Position numbers and translations under genes: made by a program | Shown: one piece after another, positions 12,602-25,768 of the stretch | Numbering within the stretch: the first letter of the stretch is position 1 | Layout: every line of letters begins with the position of its first letter | Notes under the pieces: generated by a model | Told to the model about the DNA's origin: nothing | Databases searched by the model: none | What the model saw: the letters and a program-made list of their open reading frames with translations, nothing else | DNA from: Eledone cirrhosa | Lineage: Eukaryota | Reading direction: 5' to 3' | NCBI GenBank assembly: GCA_964016885.1 | Contig: OZ024755.1 | Span: 35,402,001 to 35,466,000, forward strand | Length of the DNA stretch: 64,000 nucleotides

Positions 12602-13727
12602 ATGGCTGCCCTCTCGTTATCGAGTGTGGCCATTGCCCGATATACCATTATTAATAATTATTAATTAATTCTATCGTGCAATCCCTGTCTGTGGGCCCTT
12701 TCACTTCCAGGTGAAACTGGGGGGGGGGGGGGACCTTCACTTCCAGGTGAAACGAGGGGCCCTTCACTTCCAGGTGAAACTGGGGCCCTTCACTTCCAGG
12801 TGAAACTGGGGGCCTTCACTTCCAGGTGAAACTGGGGCCCTTCACTACCAGGTGAAACTGGGGGCCTTCACTTCCAGGTGAAACTGGGGGCCTTTCACTT
12901 CCAGGTGAAACTGGGGGCCTTTCACTTCCAGGTGAAACTGGGGGCCTTTCACTTCCAGGTGAAACTGGGGGCCTTTCACTTCCAGGTGAAACTGGGGGCC
13001 TTTCACTTCCAGGTGAAACTGGGGGCCTTTCACTTCCAGGTGAAACTGGGGGCCTTTCACTTCCAGGTGAAACTGGGGGCCTTTCACTTCCAGGTGAAAC
13101 TGGGGGCCTTTCACTTCCAGGTGAAACTGGGGGCCTTTCACTTCCAGATGAAACTGGAGCCCTTTCACTTCCAGGTGAAACTGGGGCCCTTTCACTTCCA
13201 GGTGAAAAAAAGTACTATTTGGATGGCCGTTGACTCTGCTGAGTTCCTTCACACTTCACCTGGTCACTCTCAAGTGCTACAGGTAACATGAAACCCAGTA
13301 CGACTTGTCTCATGGTCGGGTCGGCGGCGACTAAACTGGCAACCCCACCAAGCTTGGTATATGGTCACCCTGCGGGATGAAAGACAAGACATGCATACAT
13401 ACACAAAAACAGACATACACTCATACATATACACACACATACATACATATACACATACATACATACATGGTGGCTGCCCCCTTGTTATCGAGTATGGCCA
13501 TTCACGATATACCATTATTAATAATAATTAATTAATTCTATCGTGCAATGCCTGTGGGTGAAGATATTTCTTAAAGTGAGGAAAGACTGTGCACTGAGCC
13601 AATCCCACTCTCTGAGCGACAGTAGCTATAACCCGAAAAGAAGAAAAGATCAACATCATCGGTAACTACTGAGCTGCAGGTTTTATATCGGAGTTATCCC
13701 AGTTTCCTGAGTTGCCTTCCCCTAGAA
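12602..13727 (-). mobile_element. Composite non-autonomous RTE-related element (two units with (TGTA)n tails) containing a 24-bp array
   Basis: Reverse complement of about 35390-36315; includes RTE-5'UTR-like TCTAGG(A/G)GAAGG(C/A)AACTC; 3' end CTCGATAACGAG(A/G)GGGCAGCCATC + (TGTA)n. Confidence 0.6.
12697..13206. repeat. 24-bp tandem array (about 21 units)
   Basis: Unit TTTCACTTCCAGGTGAAACTGGGGGCC-like, with internal TTTCAC/GTGAAA palindrome. Confidence 0.9.
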
Positions 13728-13973
13728 CTATATACATATACAGGCATACATATACATACACACATGCAGGCATACATATACATACACACATGCATGTACA
13801 TATATACATACATAAACATATTTATATATATACACACCCCCATACATATACATATGCATGTATATACATATACGCATGCAGGCATACATATACACATACA
13901 TAAACATTTATATATATATATATACATATCCACTGTACATAGACATATGGAGAGATATAGATACACATTGTAT

Positions 13974-14311
13974 GGAGGCACATGGCTTAGTGGTTAGAGC
14001 ATTGGCCTTGCAATCGAAAGGTTGTGAGTTCAATTCTCAGACCGGGTGATGTGATGTCCTTGAGCAAGGCACTTTATTTCACATTGCTCCAGTTTACTCA
14101 GCTGTAGAAATGAGATGATAGGGACGGGGGTCCCTATCATTCCACTGCAAAGTGGTCGTGGAGGTGCCACGGCAAAAAAGCACCCAGCACTCACTGTAAA
14201 TGAGGTTGGTGTTAGGAAGGGCATCCAGCTGTAGAAATCAAGCCAGAATCAGTTCCCGTCCCACCCTTGCAAGCAGGGAAAAGTGGACGTAAAATGAAAT
14301 GAAATGATGAT
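13974..14311 (+). mobile_element. tRNA-derived SINE family B with RTE-derived 3' half (full length, about 340 bp)
   Basis: A/B boxes; ends CCCACCCTTGCAAGCAGGGAAAAG(T/C)GGACGTAAAATGA(TGA)n like the RTE at 31040-31104. Other copies 14591-14938(+), 22349-22683(-), 43251-43597(+), 45797-46130(-), 63579-63913(-). Confidence 0.9.
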
Positions 14312-14331
14312 GCATACATACATACTTATAT

Positions 14332-14381
<50 letters not shown>

Positions 14382-14430
14382 TATAAAATAACAGGAGGCT
14401 GGACTGGTGTAATTCCTTAAAAGGTTTATT

Positions 14431-14488
14431 ATACTATGATCATTTCAATGACCGGGCTCAGTATGAATCCGGTGACATCATCAGGTAT
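14431..14488 (-). ncRNA. Type I hammerhead ribozyme motif
   Basis: rc: ATAC-CTGATGA-tgtcACCGGattcatactgagcCCGGTcatt-GAAA-TGATCA-TA-GTAT. Confidence 0.75.
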
Positions 14489-15700
14489 TCGAAATATAAC
14501 AACGGAATATAATAGACAAAATCCATGGGGCTGAAAATCAGAGACATGAGGGTGACCGAACATTTAGCAGCTTCTACCCCATATATATATGGAGGCACTT
14601 GGATTAGTGGTTAGAGCATTGGGCTTGCAATCAAAAGGTTGTGAGTTCAATTCTCAGACCGGGTGATGTGTTGTTTCCTTGAGGAAGACACTTTATTTCA
14701 CATTGCTCCAGTTTACTCAGCTGTAGAAATGAGATGATAGCGACTGGGGTCCATATCATTCCACTGCAAAGTGGTCGTGGAGGTGCCACGGAAAAAAAGC
14801 ACCCAGCACTCACTGTAAATGAGGTTGGTGTTAGGAAGGGCATCCAGCTGTAGAAATCAAGCCAGAATCAGTTCTCGTCCCACCCTTGCAAGCAGGGAAA
14901 AGCGGACATAAAATGATGATGATGATGATGATGATGATATGTACATATATATAATGTGTCTTTCTTGCCTGTCACTTTTTCTTTTCCCCACTCTTCCATT
15001 TTTTTGTGTATCTTGATGCTTCTCCGTTTTTCTCACACCATTTTATCTCCGCCTATCCCCCTTTCACCTGTGTAGGTGTCTTTTCTCATACCTTATTTTC
15101 CTGTTGAGTACTTTATTAATTATCATTAATTTTCCTAATTAATAATTACATTTTCTAGAGGTCAGAACCACAACCATCTCGTGCAATTCTTGTTATAATT
15201 TATGAATACAATTTAATTTTTCTTTAGTTTGATGTACAATAAATTATATCAATATAAAATATTAATAAACCTTCCATAATAAATTATAGCTTCTTTTATG
15301 TTATAAACAATTTAATTACTGTTAAAATATTTGCATGTTGCTTTCTGTACTCTTACAATAGGCCTGTCCTATACTGGTTATTTATTAAATATTATGCACA
15401 CCATAAAATTTTATCAACTTTAATGGCCCAAGACTTCTTTAGTTGGGTCACTCAGTAATTAGTTGTTGCTAATTGTCACTTTGTAATTATGTAAATGACC
15501 AGATGCTATTATGATAAACTTGTGTTGACTATGATAAATTCAGGGTGGTGTGTTACAGGACGAGAACGGGGAGGGACAAAGAAAATGGAGTGGAGAATGG
15601 TGAGAGGAGGGGGAAAGAAGAGGTAGAGGAGAATGAGTATACACACATATATATATATATATAATATAAGATCAAAAGATGGTTAAAAGAGTTCCATGTA

Positions 15701-15767
15701 TTTTATTATGCGCATTTCAAAAACAAATATCAGCATGGGATGATACTTGTGCTCTCATCAGATAAAA
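15701..15767 (-). ncRNA. Type I hammerhead ribozyme motif
   Basis: rc: TTTTAT-CTGATGA-..ACAAGTATCA..TGATATTTGT..-GAAA-TGCGCA-TA-ATAAAA. Confidence 0.8.
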
Positions 15768-15902
15768 TAGGAAGACATGATATGAAGCTTAAAAAACACT
15801 TGCGAGCAGTGAAGTGTTAAATCTACATATAAATCTACAATATGTAGATTTAACACTTCACTGCTCGCAAGTGTTTTTTAAGCTTCATATCATGTCTCCC
15901 TA

Positions 15903-15970
15903 TTTTATCTGATGAGAATGCAAATATCATCCCATATATGATATTTGTTTTTGAAATGCACATAATAAAA
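15903..15970 (+). ncRNA. Type I hammerhead ribozyme motif (inverted-arm copy)
   Basis: TTTTAT-CTGATGA-..CAAATATCAT..ATGATATTTG..-GAAA-TGCACA-TA-ATAAAA. Confidence 0.75.
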
Positions 15971-16095
15971 TACATGGAACTCTTTTAACCATCTTTTGAT
16001 CTTATATTATTTATACTCCAGTCCTACAAACTGTTGAGTGCTACTTATCCGATATCTGCATTGCTTTATTGTGCTACAATAAAACTCACCTCCTA

Positions 16096-16300
16096 CAGAG
16101 CTATTTAATTAGAAAGTAAACAACACAATATATAACTACTCCATTACCAAAGGTTTCAGGACCCTAGACAATATTAACATATGTCTAGTTCACTCAGATT
16201 TATTTCATCTGAGGCTCCTGAAACCTTTAGTAATGAAGTAGTTACATTGTGTTAACTTTCTAATTAAATAGCTCTGTTTTATACATAGAGCACTCTTTTT
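16096..16300 (+). mobile_element. Short fold-back element, 5'-truncated, adjacent to previous one
   Basis: Arms about 16096-16160 / 16216-16276; GAAA-CCTTT(A/G)G-TA half-motif; tail GCTCT..AGAGC hairpin. Confidence 0.5.
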
Positions 16301-16319
16301 TCCTTTGCTTTTTCTTTGG

Positions 16320-16365
<46 letters not shown>

Positions 16366-16594
16366 ATGAGGGAAGGGGGGGTGATGAAGAGGAGATCGGG
16401 GGGGAGTGAATAGAAGGGGGGAAGAGGAGTATGAAGGAGACAAGAGAGAGGAGTATGGAGGAGAGGAAGAGAGGAAGAGGAGGGGGAGAGGAAGAGGAGG
16501 GGGAGAGGAAGAGGAGGGGGAGAGGGGGGGAGGATGAGGGGGCGGGGGGGGGGGGGGGAGAAGAGTATGTTACAATAAGTTCTATCACCATTGT

Positions 16595-16794
16595 TTAACC
16601 CTTTAGCATTTAAACCAGCCATATCTGGCCACAATATTCTCACCTCTTTCTGTTCAAACCAGCTGCTCATATTGATGTTAAGGTATTGTTCTCAGAATAA
16701 CTAACATCAAAAGCTCATCTGATTCGATATTATGTGAGACGAACCCTTTTACACCAATTTCCTTAGTAAATATAGAGTAATGTAAATGGTTAAG
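16595..16794 (+). mobile_element. piggyBac-like MITE (degenerate 3' end)
   Basis: TTAA-CCCTTTAGCATTTA start; homologous to 23691-23905. Confidence 0.65.
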
Positions 16795-17175
16795 ATGGAA
16801 CTGATTGGTTTGTAAAGTTTAGAGGTAAAACTTAGTAGATTCGAGAACTGAATTAGAAGATATTCCATGCTAGCATGGAAAATGGACGTTAAATGATGGT
16901 GATGATGATGATCATTATCATCATCATCATGACGATGAAAGAAACTGGTTAGTGTGAGGAATAAAGCAATCAAAGGCTTGAAACAAGAAACTGGTTAGTG
17001 TGAGGAATAAAGCAGTCAAATGCTTGAAACAAGGTTCTGAAACTAAAACCCTATTCTTGGGAATCTTAACCTTCTTAAAGAATTTTTTCAAGAATTTTAT
17101 ATGCTTCTTTTATAAAATAATTTGTAAAACTCTAAATATAATAGATATGATAATCTGCTACTCATATATCCTCAC

Positions 17176-17233
17176 ATGCAGGAAAGATAATGTTTTTAGT
17201 TTATCACCAATCTGTGTTATCTTTTTGTTATCG
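17176..17233 (-). CDS. Candidate host-gene exon (58 bp, phase 2-0)
   Basis: TTTTACTGCCTTGACAG acceptor, GTGAGG donor, DNKKITQIGDKLKTLSFLH. Confidence 0.3.
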
Positions 17234-17439
17234 CTGTCAAGGCAGTAAAATGTCAACTGGTAGTAGGAACTCTCAATGATGACAAGTTGAGTTGTTTTTA
17301 ATCAGGGGAGGTATGTATTGGCTGTCCTATATCGTTGGTTGGTGGAATGAAAGAATTCAGATGCTTAAGGCCTGCTTTCACCAGATCTCCATGTGGTTAG
17401 GAACTGGGATTTTGCCATAAGCAAGGTGCTCAGCATCAC

Positions 17440-17616
17440 CAGTGCCAGATTTACCATTGTACTTAGGTATGCTTAAGCACAGGGCCCCCATTGGCCAAGA
17501 TGGAGGGGGGGGGGGCATCTTCCTGCCAAAAAAATATTTTGCCTCCTTCAGGGCCCAAGTAAGGGGCCTCATAACTTAACTAGCACAGGGCCTCATTTGT
17601 CCTAAATCCACCACTG
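17440..17616. mobile_element. hAT-type MITE
   Basis: 8-bp TSD AGCATCAC at 17432-17439 and 17617-17624; imperfect TIR CAGTG..GATTTA / TAAATC..CACTG. Confidence 0.8.
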
Positions 17617-18877
17617 AGCATCACCCAAATAATGGCTAAATTCATTGAATTACAACAGTAACCCTTCCCTCGCCATTATGTTGCTGTAGACTATTACATT
17701 ATTATTGGAATGGGAGTATCGGGAGAGAGTCGGACGCCATGCTTTGTAGCATAGAGTTATGGCCCTTTATGATATGAGTTCAAATCCTGTCAAGGTTAAC
17801 TTTGCTTTTCATCCTTATGGGGTCGATAAAATAAAGTACCAGTAATATACTGGAGTAATTTCTGGCCTTGTGCCAATAGTAGAAACAATTATTATAGACA
17901 CCATTACAATACTACCAACTCAATATTTTTAATGGCTAGTTTAAAAAATGGCTTAGAGAGAGGATGAAGGGCAACACCCATAACGCTTTTCATTTGTTTT
18001 AAGGTGGTGGAAGACTTGACCTGAATGTTTCAACAGAGTGAACACTATAGAAGACACCCAAGGGCCAAGTGGTAGAATTAAATCGGATGGAAGATTAAGT
18101 CTTCCATCCAAGATCACTACAACCACACCACCTTAACTAACAGTAACATATTGAATTCAATTAACTTACAACATACTTACACTCACACATACACATGTAT
18201 ACACACATATATGCATACATGCACATCTACAAATACACACATGCATACACACTGACACATACATACATATACACAGAGAAAATAATGTTGGCCTTGTGCC
18301 TTCTCACAAGAAAACCAATATATCAGCAGTTTATTCTGTGTGTGGCTTACTGCCAAATTGATAAAATCTTGATAATTTTACACTGGTTTAGCACAGAGGG
18401 ACCTTTGTTGACTTATTTCTGTGTGTGTCCATAATATTAGGTTTTTATTTCCCACCAATTTCTCATGTATTTCCTGCCATATTTTCAATAATTCTATCTG
18501 CGGTCTTTATGTCCTCTACCATTACAGAATCCGACCTATTTATTTACCCTCTCATCCACCTTCATTATAACAGTAAAACCGATTTTAGAAGTTCACAGCA
18601 GCATGTTAATTTTATTCCTTACTTTTTTCTTCTCTCTTTGTTTTATTTTTTTATCAAGGTCCTTCATATTTGGTTCATATTGTTTTCTGATTCATTGCTT
18701 TTGTTTTTCTTTGTTTCATAGTTTTCTTGACTGTAATTCAATTGCTTTCTAGAATATGTCATGACATCTGTGAAATCTCACAATTTCTCTTTCTGTCTAA
18801 ATATTTCAATTTATCAACCTTTTGCTTATCTCCCTTAATCTCTTCCTCACTCCCCCTGTATTCTCTCTCACTCTCAC

Positions 18878-18914
<37 letters not shown>

Positions 18915-19103
18915 AAAAGAGTCAGGACCCCGACAGCTGAGCTCCAGCTGTTTCGACATTCAGATCTCGCTGTCAAAACGGCCAGAGCTCAGCCTTGGGA
19001 GTCCTGACTCTTTTGCTATTACCCACTCTACTACCCTAAGTATCGAGTACTCTGGTGTGTTATGGTCCACCTGCTTCCTTACCACACTTTCTTTGTATGC
19101 ATG

Positions 19104-19157
<54 letters not shown>

Positions 19158-19160
<3 letters not shown>

Positions 19161-20075
19161 AAAGTTCTATTTAAATTGTTGGGATACAACAAGTAAATAT
19201 TTTTATAACTGATATAAAGCACTCAACAAGTATTTGGAGTAGATATACGATATTAACAAATGGAAACTATATTTATAAAACCATATTTATTTCATTATTA
19301 TGGTATGCCTTCATCAGACAAAATACAATATATACCAGCTTTATAAATAAACATTGACGTACCCTTTCAAAATGCGACCGTTACTTTTGGAAGACATCAG
19401 GATAGTGGTTTGTTTATATTAGTAAATCGTAGTGTTAAGGATAAGTTATGTATCTTTGCCTATATGTACGTGCTATACGATAGGTAATTTCTCTAGCAAT
19501 ATATAGATTTTGTGATGTTTAAATTCCAATTTTTAATATATTAATCTCAATTTTTAAACTAAATATCTAATCATAATTAAACAATGATTAATTTCTCATA
19601 TTATATATGTATATTCCATTCATGAATATTAATATTTCTAATTTTATTTATTCATTTCATCTCAATTGTTAACTCAACTTAATATGACATGACTTAAGGT
19701 TTTCGTTCTCTCCCCCTCTCTCTATCTCTATATTTCTCTCTCTTGAGTTTTTTCTCTCTGTTTGGTGGTTTGATATCTCTGTTGTTTTCCTCTTTTTCTT
19801 TATTTATCTCTCCCTTTCTTTTCTCCACGTTTCTCTCTCTCCGTCTTTTTACTTATCCTTAACACTACGATTTACTAATATAAACAAACCACTATCCTGA
19901 TGTCTTCCAAAAGTAACGGTCGCATTTTGAAAGGGTACGTCAATGTCTATTTATAAAACTGGTATATATTGTATTTTGTCTGATGAAGGCATACCATAAT
20001 TTAACTTGGTATCCTTGAAATATGTATAATGAAATAAATATGGTTTTATAAATATAGTTTCCATTTGTTAATATC

Positions 20076-20078
<3 letters not shown>
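19158..20078 (-). mobile_element. Fold-back element with about 400-bp spacer, flanked by (TA)n on both sides
   Basis: Arms about 19245-19446 / 19851-20078; same family as 53976-54425. Confidence 0.75.
19972..20036 (+). ncRNA. Type I hammerhead ribozyme motif
   Basis: TATTTTGT-CTGATGA-AGGcATACCA..TGGTATCCTT-GAAA-TATGTA-TA-ATGAAATA; the left-arm copy has lost GAAA by deletion. Confidence 0.75.
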
Positions 20079-20109
<31 letters not shown>

Positions 20110-20840
20110 TATCATCATCATCATTTAACGTCCATCTTCCACACTTGCATGGGTTTGGACGGGAGTTTTCCCACTTGAGGCAAGAGTGTTTGTCTTGCTC
20201 GCAGTATATATATATATATCTACAAAGAAAGTGTACATATGGGCTTGCAATTGAGAGGTTGTGAGTTCAATACTCGGACTGGGTGATGCGTTGTTTCCTT
20301 GAGCAAGACACTTTATTTCCCATAGCTCCAGTTCTCTCAGCTGTAGAGTTGCGACATCACTAGTGCCAAGCTGTATTGGCTATAGCCCTTCCCTTGGGCG
20401 ATAACAGTGGTGTGGAGAGGGGAGACTGGTATGCATGGGTGACTGCTGGTCTTCCACAAAACAAACTTTGCCTAGGCTTATGCCTCGGAGGGAAACTATG
20501 GTCATATATATATATATATATGGCGGCGAATTGGCAGAGTCATTAGAATGCTTTATGGTATTAGTTCCAACTCACTGCTCTCTGAGTTCAAATCCCACCG
20601 AGGTCAACTTTGCCTTTCATCCTTTAGAGTTTAATAAAAAAAAAGTACCAGTTTAGTACTGGGGTTGATTCTTCCTCTATATCTCTTTCTCATTTCCTCT
20701 CTCTCTCTCACTTTCTATCTTTCTCTGGAAGAAATTTGCTGTACTCAGGTCTGGAGAGGGATGGGCTCCACCAGGGTTAAAATGGCCAAAGTAATGCTGT
20801 ATGTCAATGCAGTACCCCTATGACTATCAGGAGTTACAGG

Positions 20841-20881
<41 letters not shown>

Positions 20882-21024
20882 TCATCATCATCATCATCAT
20901 CAGGTTTAGCGTCCGTGTTCCACGCTTGCATGGGTTTGGACGGGGGTTTTCCCACTTGAGGCAAGAGTGGTTGTCTTGCTCGCATAGGACTGTCTGGCGG
21001 GTTTTCTACAGTTGGATGCCCTTC

Positions 21025-21083
<59 letters not shown>

Positions 21084-21209
21084 TATACATGTGTATTCTC
21101 CCGAATGAAACAGTTCTAGTCCTGTAGAAGCCATTTCTATATTAAATATTTATACTCTGCTATATATTGAGTACTTGACTTACTGGGGTCATTGAACCCG
21201 GGATAAACG

Positions 21210-21252
<43 letters not shown>

Positions 21253-21354
21253 GGAAAAAATGAAACAAAATTTCATTTCCCACTCTTAGTACGGCTGTTA
21301 CTTAAATATAAGTATGTACACGTACATACATATATGTATACAGACGTACAGTAG

Positions 21355-21391
<37 letters not shown>

Positions 21392-21884
21392 GCACACACA
21401 TATATATGTACGTATGGATTCACCGAACATTTATTATAATTCTCGGTGTATATATATGTATATATATATATATATATATTAGAAAGTGAGGTTTTTTTTA
21501 CAAAATGAAAAATAACCGGTGTCCTACAGGAGTGAAAGTATAAAGAAAAAAAGATGAAATTGAAAATGCAACTGGAGTCTTATTTTTTTTTTAAATATAT
21601 ATATTTTATATATACATTTATTATATTTTATATATACATTTTAACAGAGTATAAATTGTATGTTATAAACAAAAGGGTGACAAAGATTTTAGAGTCATGT
21701 TGTGGCCTCTTCAGAACTGTCTGAAGAGACAACACCAAAACTACAAATTACTGCCATATTTATCTTCAAAAATATATTTCATGCACACACAAACATGCAT
21801 GAATGGACACACATATTATTATATATATATATATATATATACCAAAATAAAGATCCGAAGGCATGGTATAAATTTCCAATCATT

Positions 21885-21966
21885 TTAATCATGACACATG
21901 TTTCAATAAGAGATAGATCGATCATGTAGTCATGATCGATTATTACTGATCTCATCAGGTGAATAA
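21885..21966 (-). ncRNA. Type I hammerhead ribozyme motif
   Basis: rc: TTATTCAC-CTGATGA-..ATCGATC..GATCGAT..-GAAA-CATGTG-TC-ATGATTAA. Confidence 0.65.
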
Positions 21967-22098
21967 TGAAATGTCTTCAAATCTTTGATATGAGGGAGGA
22001 AAAACTAATGATGTTCACTCACTAGAGTTTTGTTCCCCTCTAGTGAGTGAGCATCATTAGTTTTTCCTCCCTCATATCAAAGATTTGAAGACATTTCA

Positions 22099-22180
22099 TT
22101 ATTCACCTGATGAGATCAGTGATAATCGATCATGACTACACGATCGATCTATCTCTTATTGAAACACATGTCATGATTAA
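22099..22180 (+). ncRNA. Type I hammerhead ribozyme motif
   Basis: TTATTCAC-CTGATGA-..GATAATCGATC..GATCGATCTATC..-GAAA-CACATG-TC-ATGATTAA. Confidence 0.65.
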
Positions 22181-23002
22181 AATGATTGGAAATTTATACC
22201 ATGCCTTCAGATCTTTATTTTGATACAAATACTCCGTTTTACATCATCTACCTGTTCCCATAAATGGAATTGGAGATATACAAAAGCATGGAGAACTTAA
22301 TATTGCTAACAAAAGTTTATTGACACAACCAATAATACACCTTACTATTCATTCATTTCATTTTACGTCCGCTTTTCCCTGCTTGCAAGGGTGGGACGGG
22401 AACTGATTCTGGCTTGATTTCTACAGCTGGATGCCCTTCCTAACACCAACCTCATTTACAGTGAGTGCTGGGTGCTTTTTTTCCGGGGCACCTCCACGAC
22501 CACTTTGCAGTGGAATGATATGGACCCCAGTCCCTATCATCTCATTTCTACAGCTGAGTAAACTGGAGCAATGTGAAATAAAGTGTCTTGCTCAAGAAAA
22601 CAACACATCACCTGGTCTGAGAATTGAACTCACAACCTTTCGATTGCAAGGCCAATGCTTTAACCACTAAGCCATGTGCCTCCATCTATATAACAACTAT
22701 ATATATATATATATATATTGCAAGGAATATATATATATATTCAAGGTTCTTGTTAATTTTTAATATGTTGCCTCCGTAACTATGTGTGTTTACACTCTTT
22801 ACAAATTATCCCCTGTAATTGTTTGATGCGTTTATTTGATATATATATATATATGTCATTCAACTATTAATTTAATATAAATGCTTGGATTTACTACTTG
22901 GAATCTTTGAGCTTATTCCACAGGTGGTTTGGCGCATGTTTCTGATATTCTCAGACATGGCATCTAATATAATTTTGGTAGTATATATATATACACACAC
23001 AC

Positions 23003-23055
<53 letters not shown>

Positions 23056-23690
23056 TACACACCACAAACATATATATGTGTGTGTGTGTGTGTGTATGTA
23101 TGTGTTTCTGTATGTTGTGCAAGTGTGTTCGTTTATATGTGTTTGTGCATGCATTTCTGTGTGTATTTGTGTGAGAGTATGTATGTGCATGTGTGTGTTT
23201 GTGTGAGTGTATGTATAATAATTTTTTTTTTTCTACTTTTGGCACAAGGCCAGCAATTATCCCAGTGCATTACTGGTACTTTATTTTATCTACCCCGTAA
23301 GGATGAAAGGCAAAGTTAATGTATAATAATATAATATAACTAGGTGGCCCGTCCGGCTGGCGCCCGCCTAGGTATACCGGCATTTTATCTTTTCAGGATT
23401 GTCTGAGCATTCCACGCAGTTCTCAGGGAGATTCAGTGTGACAAAGTGTGACAAGGCTGGCCCCTTGAATTAGCGGTACACCACAATTTTACCATCTGAG
23501 TGGATCTGAGCAACATGAAATAAAGCATCTTGCTTAAGGACGCAATATCCCACACAGTTCAGGAATCAAAAATCATGACCTTATGATCATCAGTTGAACC
23601 CCATAACTAAGCTGTATGTGTGTGTGTGTGTGTTTGCGTACATGTGCAGAGAGATATGTGTATGTGTAAGTATATATATTTTATATATAT

Positions 23691-24171
23691 TTAACCCTTT
23701 AGCATTTAAACCATATCTAGCCAGAATTCTCTCACCTCTTTCTGTTCAAACCAGCCACTCATACTGATATTGAAGTATTGTTCTCAAAGTAAATAATATC
23801 AAAATCTCATAGATTCGATATTATGCGAGATAATTATGTGAGGTAAAGCCGTTACCATGAAAATATAATAGTAAATATAGAGTAATGTAAATGCTAAAGG
23901 GTTAAACCAGCTGTATTTGACTAGAATTCTCCCACCTCTTTCTGTTCAAACCAGCCGTAACTGGCCGCTCATACTAATATTGAGGTATTGTTCTCAAATA
24001 AATATCAAAATCTCATAGATTCAATATTATGTGAGGTAAAGCCTTTACCATGAAAATATAATAATACATATAGAGTAATGTAAATGTTATGTGAGATAAT
24101 TATGTGAGGTAAACCCTTTTCTGTGAAAATGCAATAGTATAAATAGAGTAATGTAAATGCTAAGGGGTTAA
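23691..24171 (+). mobile_element. piggyBac-like MITE (23695-23901) plus an abutting second copy
   Basis: TTAA TSD at 23691 and 23902; 14-bp TIR CCCTTTAGCATTTA/TAAATGCTAAAGGG; second copy ends GGGG-TTAA at 24171. Confidence 0.85.
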
Positions 24172-24844
24172 TACAAAAACATATTATATCCATCACCATC
24201 ATAATCATCATCATCCTTTGAAGTCATCATCATCCTTTGAACACATCATAATCATCATCATCCTTTGAACAGATCCTAATCATCATCATCCTTTGAACAG
24301 ATCCTAATAACCTTTATAACCTATACTAGCATAAATTAAGGCTGTTGTTTATGTTTGCTTCAAGCCAAAGATTTTTTTAATCGTCCAGTTTGTTGGATTT
24401 CAATTAAAGAAGAGCGGAGTATTCTGAAAGTAGTACTTGATGTTGCAGAAGAAAATCTTAGCTCACTTCAGAGACAGCATGTTAATTGATTCAATGAAAA
24501 TGATCACACAATGAAAGCTTTAATTGCAGAAAAGTGAAAAGCTATATTTGACAAAGAAAAGAATTCAAATTATAAAGTCACAGACAAAATTTATTGTGAA
24601 AACAAGCCAGAAGCATATTGAAGACTTAGAAATGTGGAGAATCAATGGTAGAATGACAAAGCCAAAGAAATACTTGACTATGCAAATACAAACAGGAATC
24701 AATCAAGAAACTTTAGTCTTTAGGCCTTCACAGATGGGGAGGCCCCAATTAAATCAGGGGATGAAAGTCTCCCTCCGATTAGAAAAAATACTACACTAGA
24801 GAAATGGCAAGAATATTTTGGAAATTTACTTAATTATCCATTGA

Positions 24845-25145
24845 ATATACATGCGACACGTTCTCCACCCCCAACTTAGTTGCTTCAACCACAAACCCCC
24901 GGTAGGGTGGCCTGCAGAGGAAAGGAAGACAAACAAATACCATGGATTGTTTGGCCGCTTCTTCGTCGAACCGGTTGTCATCAAGACCTCAGGCTTAATT
25001 GAACCCCCATAATTACCGAGCTCCTCCACGAGATTGGAACATCAGCAGCTCATCTGAGAAAGGAGCCCCACGTGGTGGGGTGGCTGTTGCAGCAGGTGTC
25101 ACTGGCCATTGTCCACAGAAATGCTTTTGCAGTCCTGTCCATGGG
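24845..25145 (+). mobile_element. CRE-like RLE non-LTR retrotransposon 3' remnant
   Basis: Decayed ..GRFFVEPVVIKTSG..WLLQQVSLAIVHRNAFAVLS; homologous to 55800-56200. Confidence 0.65.
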
Positions 25146-25768
25146 TACTCCCCCTTCATTGCCATGCCCTAGGCCTAGAGCCCATCGCCCTCCCCTTCTC
25201 CTCCCATTCTTCTGTGACGCTAGAGTCTTTCCTTTCCTTTTCCATTTTTAATTATTGATAAATATCACATATACCGATTGAATTACTGTCTTGGCAAATT
25301 ATTTCTATATACCTAGGTCTTTCACTCTCATTAGAATAACTTAAATGGCAAAAGAACAAAAATCTTCAGGACTAATTCAAATTCCAGCTGAATTAAACAA
25401 ATTCTTCTCACTATATTCTTCACCTTTTCCTTTGGAACTGGGAACAAAGTGAAAAAAAATCATTCATTGCATACCATAAATACTTATCCAGCACATCTCC
25501 CTTTCTATCCTCCCGGGGTAAAGGCTTCTCCATTCTATCTGGCGGGGCTGGGGAGTGGCCAGCACGTGGGACCCCATTTGCTCATAATACAGAGAGATGG
25601 GGAGGGCGAGAGAGATGGAAGTGATGGAAAATGGATGTAAAATGTCAATGATGATGATGACATAGATATAGATATTTATGTGTAAGTGAAGTCTATAAAT
25701 ATGCCTGATCTTCACTAGCTGGTAACAAGATTTCAATTCTGAGCTAAGCACCTATTTTTCTTACTTAA

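Larger units (their letters stand above)
15661..16095 (+). mobile_element. Fold-back element (arms about 15661-15829 / 15841-16010) plus 3' tail; Penelope-pLTR/retrozyme-like
   Basis: About 170-bp inverted arms directly after (TA)n; hammerhead in each arm; tail TACTCC..GTTGAGTGCT. Confidence 0.75.
21843..22310 (+). mobile_element. Fold-back element (arms about 21843-22027 / 22038-22221) plus tail
   Basis: About 185-bp near-perfect inverted arms with a 10-bp loop, directly after (TA)n. Confidence 0.8.

Noticed and set aside
12697-13206. CRISPR-like palindromic repeats (GTGAAAC ending; also 35910-36314)
   Set aside because: Units are contiguous with no unique spacers, there are no cas genes and the context is eukaryotic
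13974-14045. tRNA gene
   Set aside because: A/B boxes belong to SINE heads that continue into a SINE body; no intact cloverleaf or terminator
24480-24835. Decayed RTE/BovB linker (KWQEYFGNLLN-like)
   Set aside because: Only one short motif; too degraded to delimit
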